DNA from: Mycobacterium sp. | Lineage (GTDB): Bacteria; Actinomycetota; Actinomycetes; Mycobacteriales; Mycobacteriaceae | Length of the DNA stretch: 41,939 nt | Reading direction: 5' to 3' | Assembly (NCBI GenBank): GCA_040511335.1 | Contig: JBEVHG010000195.1 | Location: 1 to 41,939 of the forward strand | Shown: one piece after another, positions 12,828 through 20,876 of the stretch | How positions within the stretch are numbered: the stretch's first letter is position 1 | Layout: each line of letters opens with the position of its first letter | Notes under the pieces: model-generated | The model's database searches: none | Seen by the model: the letters and a program-made list of their open reading frames with translations, nothing else | Told to the model about the DNA's origin: nothing | Made by a program: the position numbers and the translations under genes

Positions 12828-13046
12828 ATGGGAACCGTTGTGGTAATTGGTGAACCGGCGCTGGTGCACGGTTATGCGCTGGCCGGCGCGATCGCGTCGC
12901 CTGCCGAGGGGCCTGCCGAGGTGCGTCGGAGTTGGCAAGATCTGCCGCCTGACGTCTCTTTGGTGATCCTGACGGCGGCGGCTGCCAAAGCGTTGACCGA
13001 CGAATTGCGCTTCGGCGGTCCGCTGACCGCGGTGATGCCCGAATGA
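12828..13046 (+). CDS. A/V-type ATPase subunit F
   Basis: VVVIGEPALVHGYALAG and VSLVILT match subunit F pattern. Confidence 0.8.
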   Translation: MGTVVVIGEPALVHGYALAGAIASPAEGPAEVRRSWQDLPPDVSLVILTAAAAKALTDELRFGGPLTAVMPE

Positions 13047-13567
13047 CCGCGGTCAAGGCGGACCGCGTGACGCCGGCGCTCGAGCCGGTTCGCGCCGAAC
13101 TGTTGCGCCGCGCGGGCGCCGACGCACAGCGGATGATCGCCGACGCAGAGGGCGAGGCCGCTCGCATTGTCGAGCGGGCGCATGACAGCGCGCGACGGGT
13201 GATCGAACAAGCCCGCGCTGCAGGGGAATCCGCGGCCGCTGAGGTCGTGGCCGAGCAGGGTGCGGCGCTGCGACGGGCGTTGCGACGCGAGCTTCTCACC
13301 GCCCAGGACAACGCATACCAGCAATGGCGGCGGCTGGGTCGGCAGGCCGTGCTACGGCTGCGTGATGAACCCGGTCACTCACGGCGCCAGGACATGCTCC
13401 GCAGCACCGCGTACGCGGTGCTAGGCGCCGACGCGCACGTGAGCGATGCCCCCGACGGCGGCGTGGTCGCCGAGCTGGATCACCGTCGACTCGACCTGAG
13501 CCTGTCGGCGATCGCAGAGCGCGCGCTGGATCGGATCGCCCCGGAAGTGGACGGTTTGTGGTCGTGA
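13043..13567 (+). CDS. A/V-type ATPase subunit E
   Basis: N-terminal coiled coil (MIADAEGEAARIVERA) and C-terminal DGGVV...RRLDLSL. Confidence 0.75.
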   Translation: MTAVKADRVTPALEPVRAELLRRAGADAQRMIADAEGEAARIVERAHDSARRVIEQARAAGESAAAEVVAEQGAALRRALRRELLTAQDNAYQQWRRLGRQAVLRLRDEPGHSRRQDMLRSTAYAVLGADAHVSDAPDGGVVAELDHRRLDLSLSAIAERALDRIAPEVDGLWS

Positions 13568-15285
13568 ACGGTGCGGCGCGGATCGTTCGGGTGTCCGGTC
13601 CCCTGGTCGAGGTGGCATGTGCTGGCGCCGCGGTCGCGATGCACGATCTGGTCGGGCTTGGGCCGCACAACATTCCCGGTGAGGTGATGGCCATCTCCGA
13701 TGGACAGCTGACCGTGCAGGCCTACGAGTACACCGGAGGCCTGACACCTGGGGATCCGGCAGCACCCCATGGATACCCGTTATCGGTCCCGCTCGGTCCA
13801 GGGCTTCTCGGCGGGGTGTTCGACGGGCTGCTGCGACCGCTCACCAACGCACCGACATGGCTCGGCGAGCGCAGCTACATCGAAAGCGGCACGCGGCGAT
13901 GGGAATTCGCACCGACAGTCCGGGCCGGCGCCGACGTCGCCGCCGGATCAGTGCTGGGAGTCGTCCACAACGCGGGGTCAATCGAGCATCGCCTGCAAGT
14001 CCCCCCGGGTGTCGCCGGAGCGGTGCAATCCGTCGTGCCCCCCGGCATCTACCCGGCGGACGCGGTGCTGGCCACAGTGGGGGAAACCCCGGTGTCCATG
14101 TCCACCCCCTGGCCGATACGGGTGGCACGACCGTACCGGGATCGGCGCGACGAGGTCGTGCCGCTGCACACCGGCCAGCGCGTGGTGGATCTGCTCTTTC
14201 CCGTCGCGCGGGGCAGCACCGCCGCGGTGCCCGGCGGATTCGGCACTGGGAAAACCGTTCTGCTGCAACAGTTGACGAAATGGTGCGACGCGGACGTCAT
14301 CGTCTACGTCGGGTGCGGTGAGCGCGGTAACGAAATGGCCGAAATCGTCACCGACATGCTCGATTTGGCTGATCCGCGCACTGGTGGACGGCTCGCCGAT
14401 CGCACCGTCATCATCGCCAACACGTCGAACATGCCGATGATGGCCCGTGAGGCGAGCATCTACACCGGCGTCACCGTCGCCGAATACTTCCGCGACATGG
14501 GCTACCACGCCGTCGTGATCGCCGACTCGACATCGCGATGGGCAGAAGCGTTGCGGGAGTTGGCATCACGCATGGGCGAGCTGCCCGCCGAGGAGGGCTA
14601 TCCGGCAAGCCTGGCCTCGGAGTTGGCCGCATTCTACGAACGCGCGGGCTTCGTCGACACGCTCGGCGGCCAATCCGGCTCGGTCACCGTGATTGGCGCG
14701 GTCTCCCCACCCGGAGGCGATGTGTCCGAACCGGTCACCGTGCACACCGAGCGATTCGTGCGGTGCCGCTGGGCCCTTGATCGCGATCTGGCGTATTCGC
14801 GGCACTATCCGGCGGTGTCATGGTCGGGGTCGTTTTCGCGGGATGCGGAGGCGCTGGCGGCGGCCCACGTGGTGGCCGGCGATATCGACTGGGCGGCGCA
14901 TCGCGGCCATGTGCTGGGCCTGCTGAACGAGTCGGATCGACTTAGGGCGCTGACCGATCTTGTTGGTGTCGGCGCGTTGCCCGGCAGTGAGCGGATGACA
15001 CTGCTCGGCGGCCGGCTGCTGCGTGAGGCGGTGCTGCAGCAGAGCGCACAGGTTCCCAACGACGCCCACTGCTCACCGGACAAGACGGCCGCGCTCGTCG
15101 ACGCGGTGCTCGCGGTGATCGACACCTGCGGCGAGGTGGTAGCGGCCGGGGTGCCGGCGCAGTTTGTGGAGGAGACGGATTTCGGCCCGCTGATCCGCGC
15201 GCGTGAAGACGGCGGACCCACGGACACGGCACTGGCGGCGACGCGGCGGGACGAAGTGATCGACCGGCTGCATCAGTTGCGATGA
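13564..15285 (+). CDS. A/V-type ATPase catalytic subunit A
   Basis: VSGPLV, FDGLLRPL, Walker A GGFGTGKT, GCGERGNEM, ANTSNMP..AREASIYTG, DSTSRWAEALRE, EEGYPA, GAVSPPGGD; start may be 13558. Confidence 0.96.
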   Translation: MNGAARIVRVSGPLVEVACAGAAVAMHDLVGLGPHNIPGEVMAISDGQLTVQAYEYTGGLTPGDPAAPHGYPLSVPLGPGLLGGVFDGLLRPLTNAPTWLGERSYIESGTRRWEFAPTVRAGADVAAGSVLGVVHNAGSIEHRLQVPPGVAGAVQSVVPPGIYPADAVLATVGETPVSMSTPWPIRVARPYRDRRDEVVPLHTGQRVVDLLFPVARGSTAAVPGGFGTGKTVLLQQLTKWCDADVIVYVGCGERGNEMAEIVTDMLDLADPRTGGRLADRTVIIANTSNMPMMAREASIYTGVTVAEYFRDMGYHAVVIADSTSRWAEALRELASRMGELPAEEGYPASLASELAAFYERAGFVDTLGGQSGSVTVIGAVSPPGGDVSEPVTVHTERFVRCRWALDRDLAYSRHYPAVSWSGSFSRDAEALAAAHVVAGDIDWAAHRGHVLGLLNESDRLRALTDLVGVGALPGSERMTLLGGRLLREAVLQQSAQVPNDAHCSPDKTAALVDAVLAVIDTCGEVVAAGVPAQFVEETDFGPLIRAREDGGPTDTALAATRRDEVIDRLHQLR

Positions 15286-16676
15286 ACAGCACCGACCACT
15301 GGATCGACTACACCGGGATCCAGGAATTGCGCGGCCCGCTGGCGGTGGTGGCCGGGGTAGCCGGCGTCGGCTGGGATGAGTACGTGTCGATCACACTCGC
15401 CGACGGAACGCAGCGCCACGGCCTGGTGCTCGACGTTGACCGCGACGTGGCGGTGATCCAGGTGCTCGAGGGCACCACCGGAATCGATCCGTCAAGCACG
15501 ACAATTCGCTTCAGCGGCGGGCCGGCGCGCATTCCGGTTGGCACCGCCTGGTTAGGCCGCACCTGCAACGGCCGCGGCGAACCGATCGACGGCGGGCCGC
15601 CGGTGACTGGGCAGCGGCAGGTCTCGATCAACGGCGAGCCACTCAATCCCGTGCACCGCGACGTCCCCGCCGAACCAGTGCTGACCGGGGTGTCGGTGCT
15701 CGACGCCCTGGCCACGCTGGTGCGCGGCCAGAAACTGGCGGTGTTCTCGTTGCCGGGCCTGCCGCATCTGCGGTTGGCCTGCCAGATCGCCGCCCAGGCC
15801 ACCGCAGGCGGCGAGCCGTTCAGTGTGGTGTTCGCCGGCATCGGATTGACGCACGCCGACGCCGCTTACGCCCGCAATGTGCTCGAAGCACGAAGCGCCG
15901 CAGGGGAGCTGGTGCTATTGCTGAACGCTGCCGACGACCCGGTCATCGAACGAATACTGACCCCGCGCATCGCGTTGACCATCGCCGAACACCTCGCCTT
16001 CGACCATGAGCGCCATGTGCTGGTTGTGCTTAGCGACATGACCAGCTATGCCGAGGCGCTGCGGGAGGTGTCGTCTGCGCGCGGCGAAATCCCAGCGCGC
16101 AGAGCCTATCCGGGATATCTCTACAGCGACCTCGCTTCGCTGTATGAGCGGTGCGGTCGCATCAAGGGCCGGCCGGGATCGGTCACCGTGCTGCCGGTTC
16201 TGACGATGCCCGGCGGCGACATCACCCACCCGGTGCCCGACCTCACCGGCTACATCACCGAAGGCCAGATCATCTTCTCCGCGCCGATGCACCTGCACGG
16301 CGTCTACCCACCCGTCGACGCGTTGTCCTCGCTGTCGCGGTTGATGCGCCGCGGAGTGGGCGCCGGACGCACCCGCGATGATCATCTGCCGCTGGCGGCG
16401 CAGCTACTGGCCGCGCTGGCCAAAGCCCGGCGGGTGCGCGAACTGGCCGAGCTGATCGGCACCGAGGCGCTGACGCCGACCGACCACAGCTACCTCGGTT
16501 TCGATGATGCTTTCGCCACCGAGCTAGTCAACCAGCGTCCCGACGAGTGCCGCAGCCTTAGCGATACGCTGCAGCGAGCCTGGGACGTCGTGTCTCGGCT
16601 CCCGCGCAGCGAGCTGTCGATGCTGCCGTCCGAGCTGATCGATCTTCACCGGACAGAGGCCCGGGAGCTGCCGTGA
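15282..16676 (+). CDS. A/V-type ATPase subunit B
   Basis: RGQKLAVFSLPGLPH, DDPVIERI, DMTSYAEALREVS, YPGYLYSDLASLYERCG, DITHPVPDLTGYITEGQI, SLSRLM. Confidence 0.96.
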   Translation: MNSTDHWIDYTGIQELRGPLAVVAGVAGVGWDEYVSITLADGTQRHGLVLDVDRDVAVIQVLEGTTGIDPSSTTIRFSGGPARIPVGTAWLGRTCNGRGEPIDGGPPVTGQRQVSINGEPLNPVHRDVPAEPVLTGVSVLDALATLVRGQKLAVFSLPGLPHLRLACQIAAQATAGGEPFSVVFAGIGLTHADAAYARNVLEARSAAGELVLLLNAADDPVIERILTPRIALTIAEHLAFDHERHVLVVLSDMTSYAEALREVSSARGEIPARRAYPGYLYSDLASLYERCGRIKGRPGSVTVLPVLTMPGGDITHPVPDLTGYITEGQIIFSAPMHLHGVYPPVDALSSLSRLMRRGVGAGRTRDDHLPLAAQLLAALAKARRVRELAELIGTEALTPTDHSYLGFDDAFATELVNQRPDECRSLSDTLQRAWDVVSRLPRSELSMLPSELIDLHRTEARELP

Positions 16677-17290
16677 CGACGCCGCATGTGCCGCCCGGGC
16701 GCATGGGAAGACTCTGCCTGCTCAGCCGGCTTGAGCTCGCCGAGCGCGCCGTCTCGTTGCTGGAGGAGAAACTGCGCCTCCTTGGCGAACGACGAGACGA
16801 GCTGCACCGCCGCGCCGAGGACGCCTGTCGCGACTGGTGTAGCGCCTGCCGAGAAGCCGACAGCTGGGGACTTCGCGCCGTGCTGTCGGGGGGCCAGCGC
16901 GCGCTCCGCCTTGCGGTGCCGCGCGAGCAGGCCGCGATCACGATCGAGTGGGCCGCGACCGCCGGTGTGCGCTACCCCGACCGCGCCGAGTGCACTCTGC
17001 CGCCCCACGACAGCCAAACCGAGATCCACATCAGTGCAGCGACAGTCGGGGCAAGGCGGGCCCACCGCGCCGCGGTCGTCGCCGCCGCCCAGTGCGCCGC
17101 CGCAGAGTCTGCGCTCGCCACCATCGAGCGGGAGTTCCGTGCCACGCGGCTGCGGGCCCGCGCGTTGAACAAGCACTGGCTGCCACGGCTGCATGACGAC
17201 CTGGCTCGTGTCGAGATGGAACTCGAGGAGCAGGATCGCGCCGAGGCGATCCGGCTCCGTTTGGTTCAGCTCGGTGGCGGCACAGCGTAG
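16673..17290 (+). CDS. A/V-type ATPase subunit D
   Basis: RLELAERAVSLLEEKL and ATRLRARALNKHWLPRL...LEEQDRAE match the subunit D termini. Confidence 0.88.
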   Translation: MTTPHVPPGRMGRLCLLSRLELAERAVSLLEEKLRLLGERRDELHRRAEDACRDWCSACREADSWGLRAVLSGGQRALRLAVPREQAAITIEWAATAGVRYPDRAECTLPPHDSQTEIHISAATVGARRAHRAAVVAAAQCAAAESALATIEREFRATRLRARALNKHWLPRLHDDLARVEMELEEQDRAEAIRLRLVQLGGGTA

Positions 17291-17323
17291 CAACGTAAAA
17301 CGTTCAGCAGTGGGCTCTCTGAA

Positions 17324-17573
17324 ATGGGCCGGGTGGCAGTCGAATTGGGCAACAGCGCGCAGGAAGTGCTGCTGTCGCTCGATTCCCGGAAAGCCGCTCG
17401 CCTCCGCGACGAGGACGACGCGATGGACAACCTGCACTGGCACCTGTCCGCCGCGCCGATGGACCACGACTGGCAACCTGGGGCCCCTGCGGCGGTCGAG
17501 TGGCGCTGGGGATCGCTTCTACGAGCGTTTCGCCGACCACGCCGTCGAGGTGGGCCGGCGGGCCGTCGTCTAG
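17324..17573 (+). pseudogene. phoU: PhoU (PhoY-like) C-terminal remnant, frameshifted
   Basis: [18 protein letters not shown]...EDDAMDNLH in one frame, [16 protein letters not shown] in another; no N-terminal half. Confidence 0.85.
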
Positions 17574-17770
17574 GTAACCGGCACACTACCCCTGAGCAAG
17601 AACAACAACGCGTTTCGGGAATCGCCAACCGTGCTGGTCGGTGGGCCTCGATAGATCAGTGGCGCAACCCGTCCCCGGCCACGATGTCGGTGAAAGCGGT
17701 TCCGTTGCGGCCCAGTCGGTTTCGCCAGTTTGATAGGGGTTCACCGCCCGTTCACCAGAATTCGAACCAA

Positions 17771-17811
17771 ATGGGGACTTAGGACACGCAACTCAGGACT
17801 TAAGCCTCCTC
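17771..17811. promoter_or_regulatory. DosR-box pair upstream of the amino-acid antiporter remnant
   Basis: ATGGGGACTTAGGACACGCA (17771-17790) and CTCAGGACTTAAGCCTCCTC (17792-17811). Confidence 0.65.
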
Positions 17812-17891
17812 AGCACAGCCGGAAGTGCCAGTACTGTCAGCCACGCAGGCCGACGCCCATGACCTCGCACCATCTGAGCCGAGGAGACGAG

Positions 17892-18030
17892 ATGTCAGAT
17901 ACCGTTATTCCGAAGCCCGCTGAGACCCGCCCCGTCGGTGCGAAGGCCGGCCTGGGCCTGGTCGCCTTGACGGCAATTGTCGTCGGGTCGATGATCGGCA
18001 GCGGCATCTTCGCCCTGCCGTCCCAGCTGC
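17892..18030 (+). pseudogene. APC-family amino-acid antiporter (ArcD-like) N-terminal remnant
   Basis: GAGGAG RBS; LGLVALTAIVVGSMIGSGIFALP is APC TM1; truncated immediately after. Confidence 0.8.
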
Positions 18031-18114
18031 CGCCGGTCGAGTACGAGAAGATCGCTGCCGTCCAGCCGGAGGCCGCTTAAAGGAAGCTTCTTCCACGCTT
18101 CCGGGGGAAACACA
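18030..18114 (+). mobile_element. IS3-family right-end remnant
   Basis: PPVEYEKIAAVQPEAA* resembles an IS3 OrfB C-terminus; reverse complement of the end reads TGTGTTTCCCCCGGAAGCGTGGAA, matching the IS3 terminal IR pattern. Confidence 0.6.
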
Positions 18115-18117
18115 GTC

Positions 18118-19480
18118 TCAGGTCGCAAGTGCGAGCACGTCGTCGAAACCGGCAACAAGACAGTCGTAGAACAAGTCGAAATCCGGAATCGCGCCGGTGT
18201 CCACGTTGATTCCAAGCGCACAGGTGTCGACGTAGGACAGCAAGGTGACGTTCACCGCCGCCCCGATGGTGGGAGAAAACGCGTACTGCATCCGTACGGC
18301 GGCGTCGGCAAGAAAGACAGGCATCGGAAAGCCGGGTACGTCGCTGGCCACGAAGTCAACGCTGCGCAGCGCCGAGCTGACGTACCAACGAGGAATTAGA
18401 TTGAGAACACCGGCGATGGGTTGGGTGTAGGCGAGCGACTTTTCGCTGCGCACGTTGCTGGTGCGCTCGTGGATGATGGATTCGCTGCGCTGAGTCGGCG
18501 ATGGCCGCGGGCACGCCAAACCGCATCAACGTTACCCGGTTACCGCCCACCGGGTCGGCCGGAGTTCGGATACTGATCGGCATCGTCACCACGAGGTCGC
18601 CGACCGATACGCCGTGCTTCTCGTGGTACCGGCGCAGTCCTCCGGCAACGGCCGCGATGAACGCATCGTTCAACGACCCGCCGGCGACGCAGCCGGCCTC
18701 GCGCAAGGACTTCTTGGACACCTGATGTACCGCAAGGCGACGGATCTTCCCGCGATCTCGCATGATCGGCGACCCAGGCTTGCTTATCGGACGGACCGTT
18801 CGATAGATGGATGCCAGGGTCGAGCGGACCGATGAAAGCGTCTCCAACGGGCGGCGAACGCCGTTGACGATCAGTGCCGGCGCGGCTTTCATCGAACCCG
18901 TCAGCACAGTCGCGGCGAGCCCGGCGTCGTAGGAAATCACGTCCCGAATACCGGCGAACGGCCCTGCGGCGGCTAGTGGGGGCTCCATCGGCATGGCGCC
19001 TCGGTCCTCGTGTCGCTCGGTGCGGTCGTACAACGTCATCGCCATCTGAACGGCACCAATGCCGTCGGTTAACGCATGATTCAACTTGCACAGCAACGCG
19101 GCACCGCCGTCTGCCAGTCCGTCGATCACGGTCGCCTCCCACAAGGGGCGGGCGCGGTCAAAATCTGCCATCGCAGCGAGCCGGGCCATTTCCAGGAGGG
19201 TGTCGACAGTGCCCGGCTCTGGGGCAGTCACTCTCCGGAGGTGAAACGCGAGATCGAAGTCGGGATCGACCTCCCAGCGCGGGGGTGCCGGAGGTGGCGA
19301 GAGCATCACCCGTTGTCGGAACATGGGCATGGTCCGGCTCAGCAGCTCGAACCGGTCGACCACCTGCTCCCAATTGGGGTTCCGGTCAAGCAACACGAGC
19401 GTGACGATTGTCGACCGCAGCCGAGGATCGCCTTCGATCGACCATACGAACGCGTCGCTGTTGCGAAAAAACTCGGCCAT
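18118..19480 (-). pseudogene. Wax ester synthase/diacylglycerol acyltransferase (WS/DGAT, tgs-like), frameshifted near 18475
   Basis: DPDFDLAFH, DRARPLWE, NHALTDGIG, SLNDAF, GGNRVT; C-terminus (SDVPG...TLLSY) is in a different frame. Confidence 0.85.
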
Positions 19481-19482
19481 GT

Positions 19483-19736
19483 CTAGGCGGCAACCGACGG
19501 ACAGGTGTTCAGCAATCGCGTGGGCAGCCGGCCAGTCGCCGTTGCACACCGTTCGAGCAAGGTCCTCAACCAATGGGCTATAGGCGCCCAGCTCCGCCAA
19601 CCATTGCCGATACAGTGCTGGCGATCCCATCAGCGGACACATGGGCCGTACGTCCGTCGTGCGGCCGATCCGTGAGCTGGTAGGCAGTCATCACGCCGCG
19701 GTCTCCACGTCTCACCAGGCAGGTTCGTGACCTCAT
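19483..19736 (-). pseudogene. Rv2628-like dormancy hypothetical protein, frameshifted
   Basis: GAGGAGG + ATG 19736; YQLTDRPHDGRTAHVSADGIASTVS then shifted WLAELGAYSPLVEDLAR..GDWPAAHAIAEHLSV, recalling Rv2628. Confidence 0.75.
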
Positions 19737-19891
19737 CGGCGGCCTCCTCGCTGAGTCCTACCTGCTGATCAGACCACGCAGGCCGTTGATGGACGTAGGG
19801 GCGAAGGCACGATCCCGAGAGTGCTTTGGTCCTGCTCTTCAACTTCCCGAGGTCCCAGGCCGCGAAGGTCCTTCGTCGTTGCGCTCGTTGG

Positions 19892-19933
19892 TCAGGGTCC
19901 ATTGGCCGGGCGGTCGGGGACCAATGCCTCATG
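19892..19933. promoter_or_regulatory. DosR-box pair in divergent USP / Rv2628-WS/DGAT promoter
   Basis: TCAGGGTCCATTGGCCGGGC (19892-19911) and TCGGGGACCAATGCCTCATG (19914-19933). Confidence 0.65.
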
Positions 19934-19965
19934 ACTGAAGAACCTGGCAGCCCTAACATCGCGTT

Positions 19966-20847
19966 ATGTCCATTCCGATGGAGCGTCCCGGGATCGCGGT
20001 CGGCGTCGACGGCTCACCCGCCTCGAAGGTCGCCGTCGACTGGGCCGCACGCGATGCGGCAATGCGCAAGGTTTCGCTCACCCTGGTCCATGTCGCCGAC
20101 GGTGTCGTGGCGCCCTGGTCACAGACGCCACTGCCGATGGGCTTCGGAAAATGGCAGCAACAGCGGGGGCGCCAGTTCATCGATGAGTCAATCAGGATCA
20201 TCGAAGAGGCCACGACGGGAACCGGCCCGGTGCAGGTCAAGACCGAGATGTACTACTCGGCTACCGTCCCCACGCTTGTCGACGTCTCGAAAGAGGCCGA
20301 GATGATCGTGGTGGGCAGCCGCGGCCAGGGGGCATTCGGAACTCTCCTCGGTTCGGTGAGTACTGGTCTCCTACATCACGCGCATTGCCCGGTCGCAGTC
20401 ATCCGCGATGAAGATCCGTTGATGCCGCACCCGGCGCGGGCTCCTGTCCTCGTAGGCATCGACGGCTCGCCGGCCTCGGAGTTGGCCACGGCGATCGCGT
20501 TTGATGAGGCGTCGCGCCGGCACGTGGATTTGATCGCCCTGCACGCCTGGAGCGACGCGGGCGTGTTCGACTTTCCCGGCATGGATTGGCCGACGATGAA
20601 GTCGTCCGAGGACGAGGTTCTCGCCGAGCGTCTCGCGGGGTGGCAGGAAACCTACCCCGACGTGATGGTTCACCGCCATGTCGTCTGCGATCGACCGGCG
20701 CGTCAGCTCATCGAGCACTCGGAGTCGGCCCAACTGGTCGTCGTCGGCGGCCACGGCCGTGGGGGGTTCGCAGGCATGCTGCTTGGTTCGGTCAGCATGG
20801 CGGTGGTTCACTCGGCCCGCATGCCGGTGATCGTTGCGCGTCGGTGA
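19966..20847 (+). CDS. Tandem-domain universal stress protein (Rv2005c/Rv2623-like)
   Basis: Two VG(V/I)DGSPAS starts and two GxxGxG...LLGSVS ATP-binding motifs. Confidence 0.93.
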   Translation: MSIPMERPGIAVGVDGSPASKVAVDWAARDAAMRKVSLTLVHVADGVVAPWSQTPLPMGFGKWQQQRGRQFIDESIRIIEEATTGTGPVQVKTEMYYSATVPTLVDVSKEAEMIVVGSRGQGAFGTLLGSVSTGLLHHAHCPVAVIRDEDPLMPHPARAPVLVGIDGSPASELATAIAFDEASRRHVDLIALHAWSDAGVFDFPGMDWPTMKSSEDEVLAERLAGWQETYPDVMVHRHVVCDRPARQLIEHSESAQLVVVGGHGRGGFAGMLLGSVSMAVVHSARMPVIVARR

Positions 20848-20876
20848 TAGCCACGGCGGTCGCGCTTACTTCTTGC

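Noticed and set aside
17574-17770. Possible sRNA or small ORF between the phoU and permease remnants
   Set aside because: No recognisable motif, RBS or stable hairpin by eye.
18465-18490. Programmed ribosomal frameshift in WS/DGAT
   Set aside because: No slippery heptamer or downstream structure evident; a simple indel is more parsimonious.
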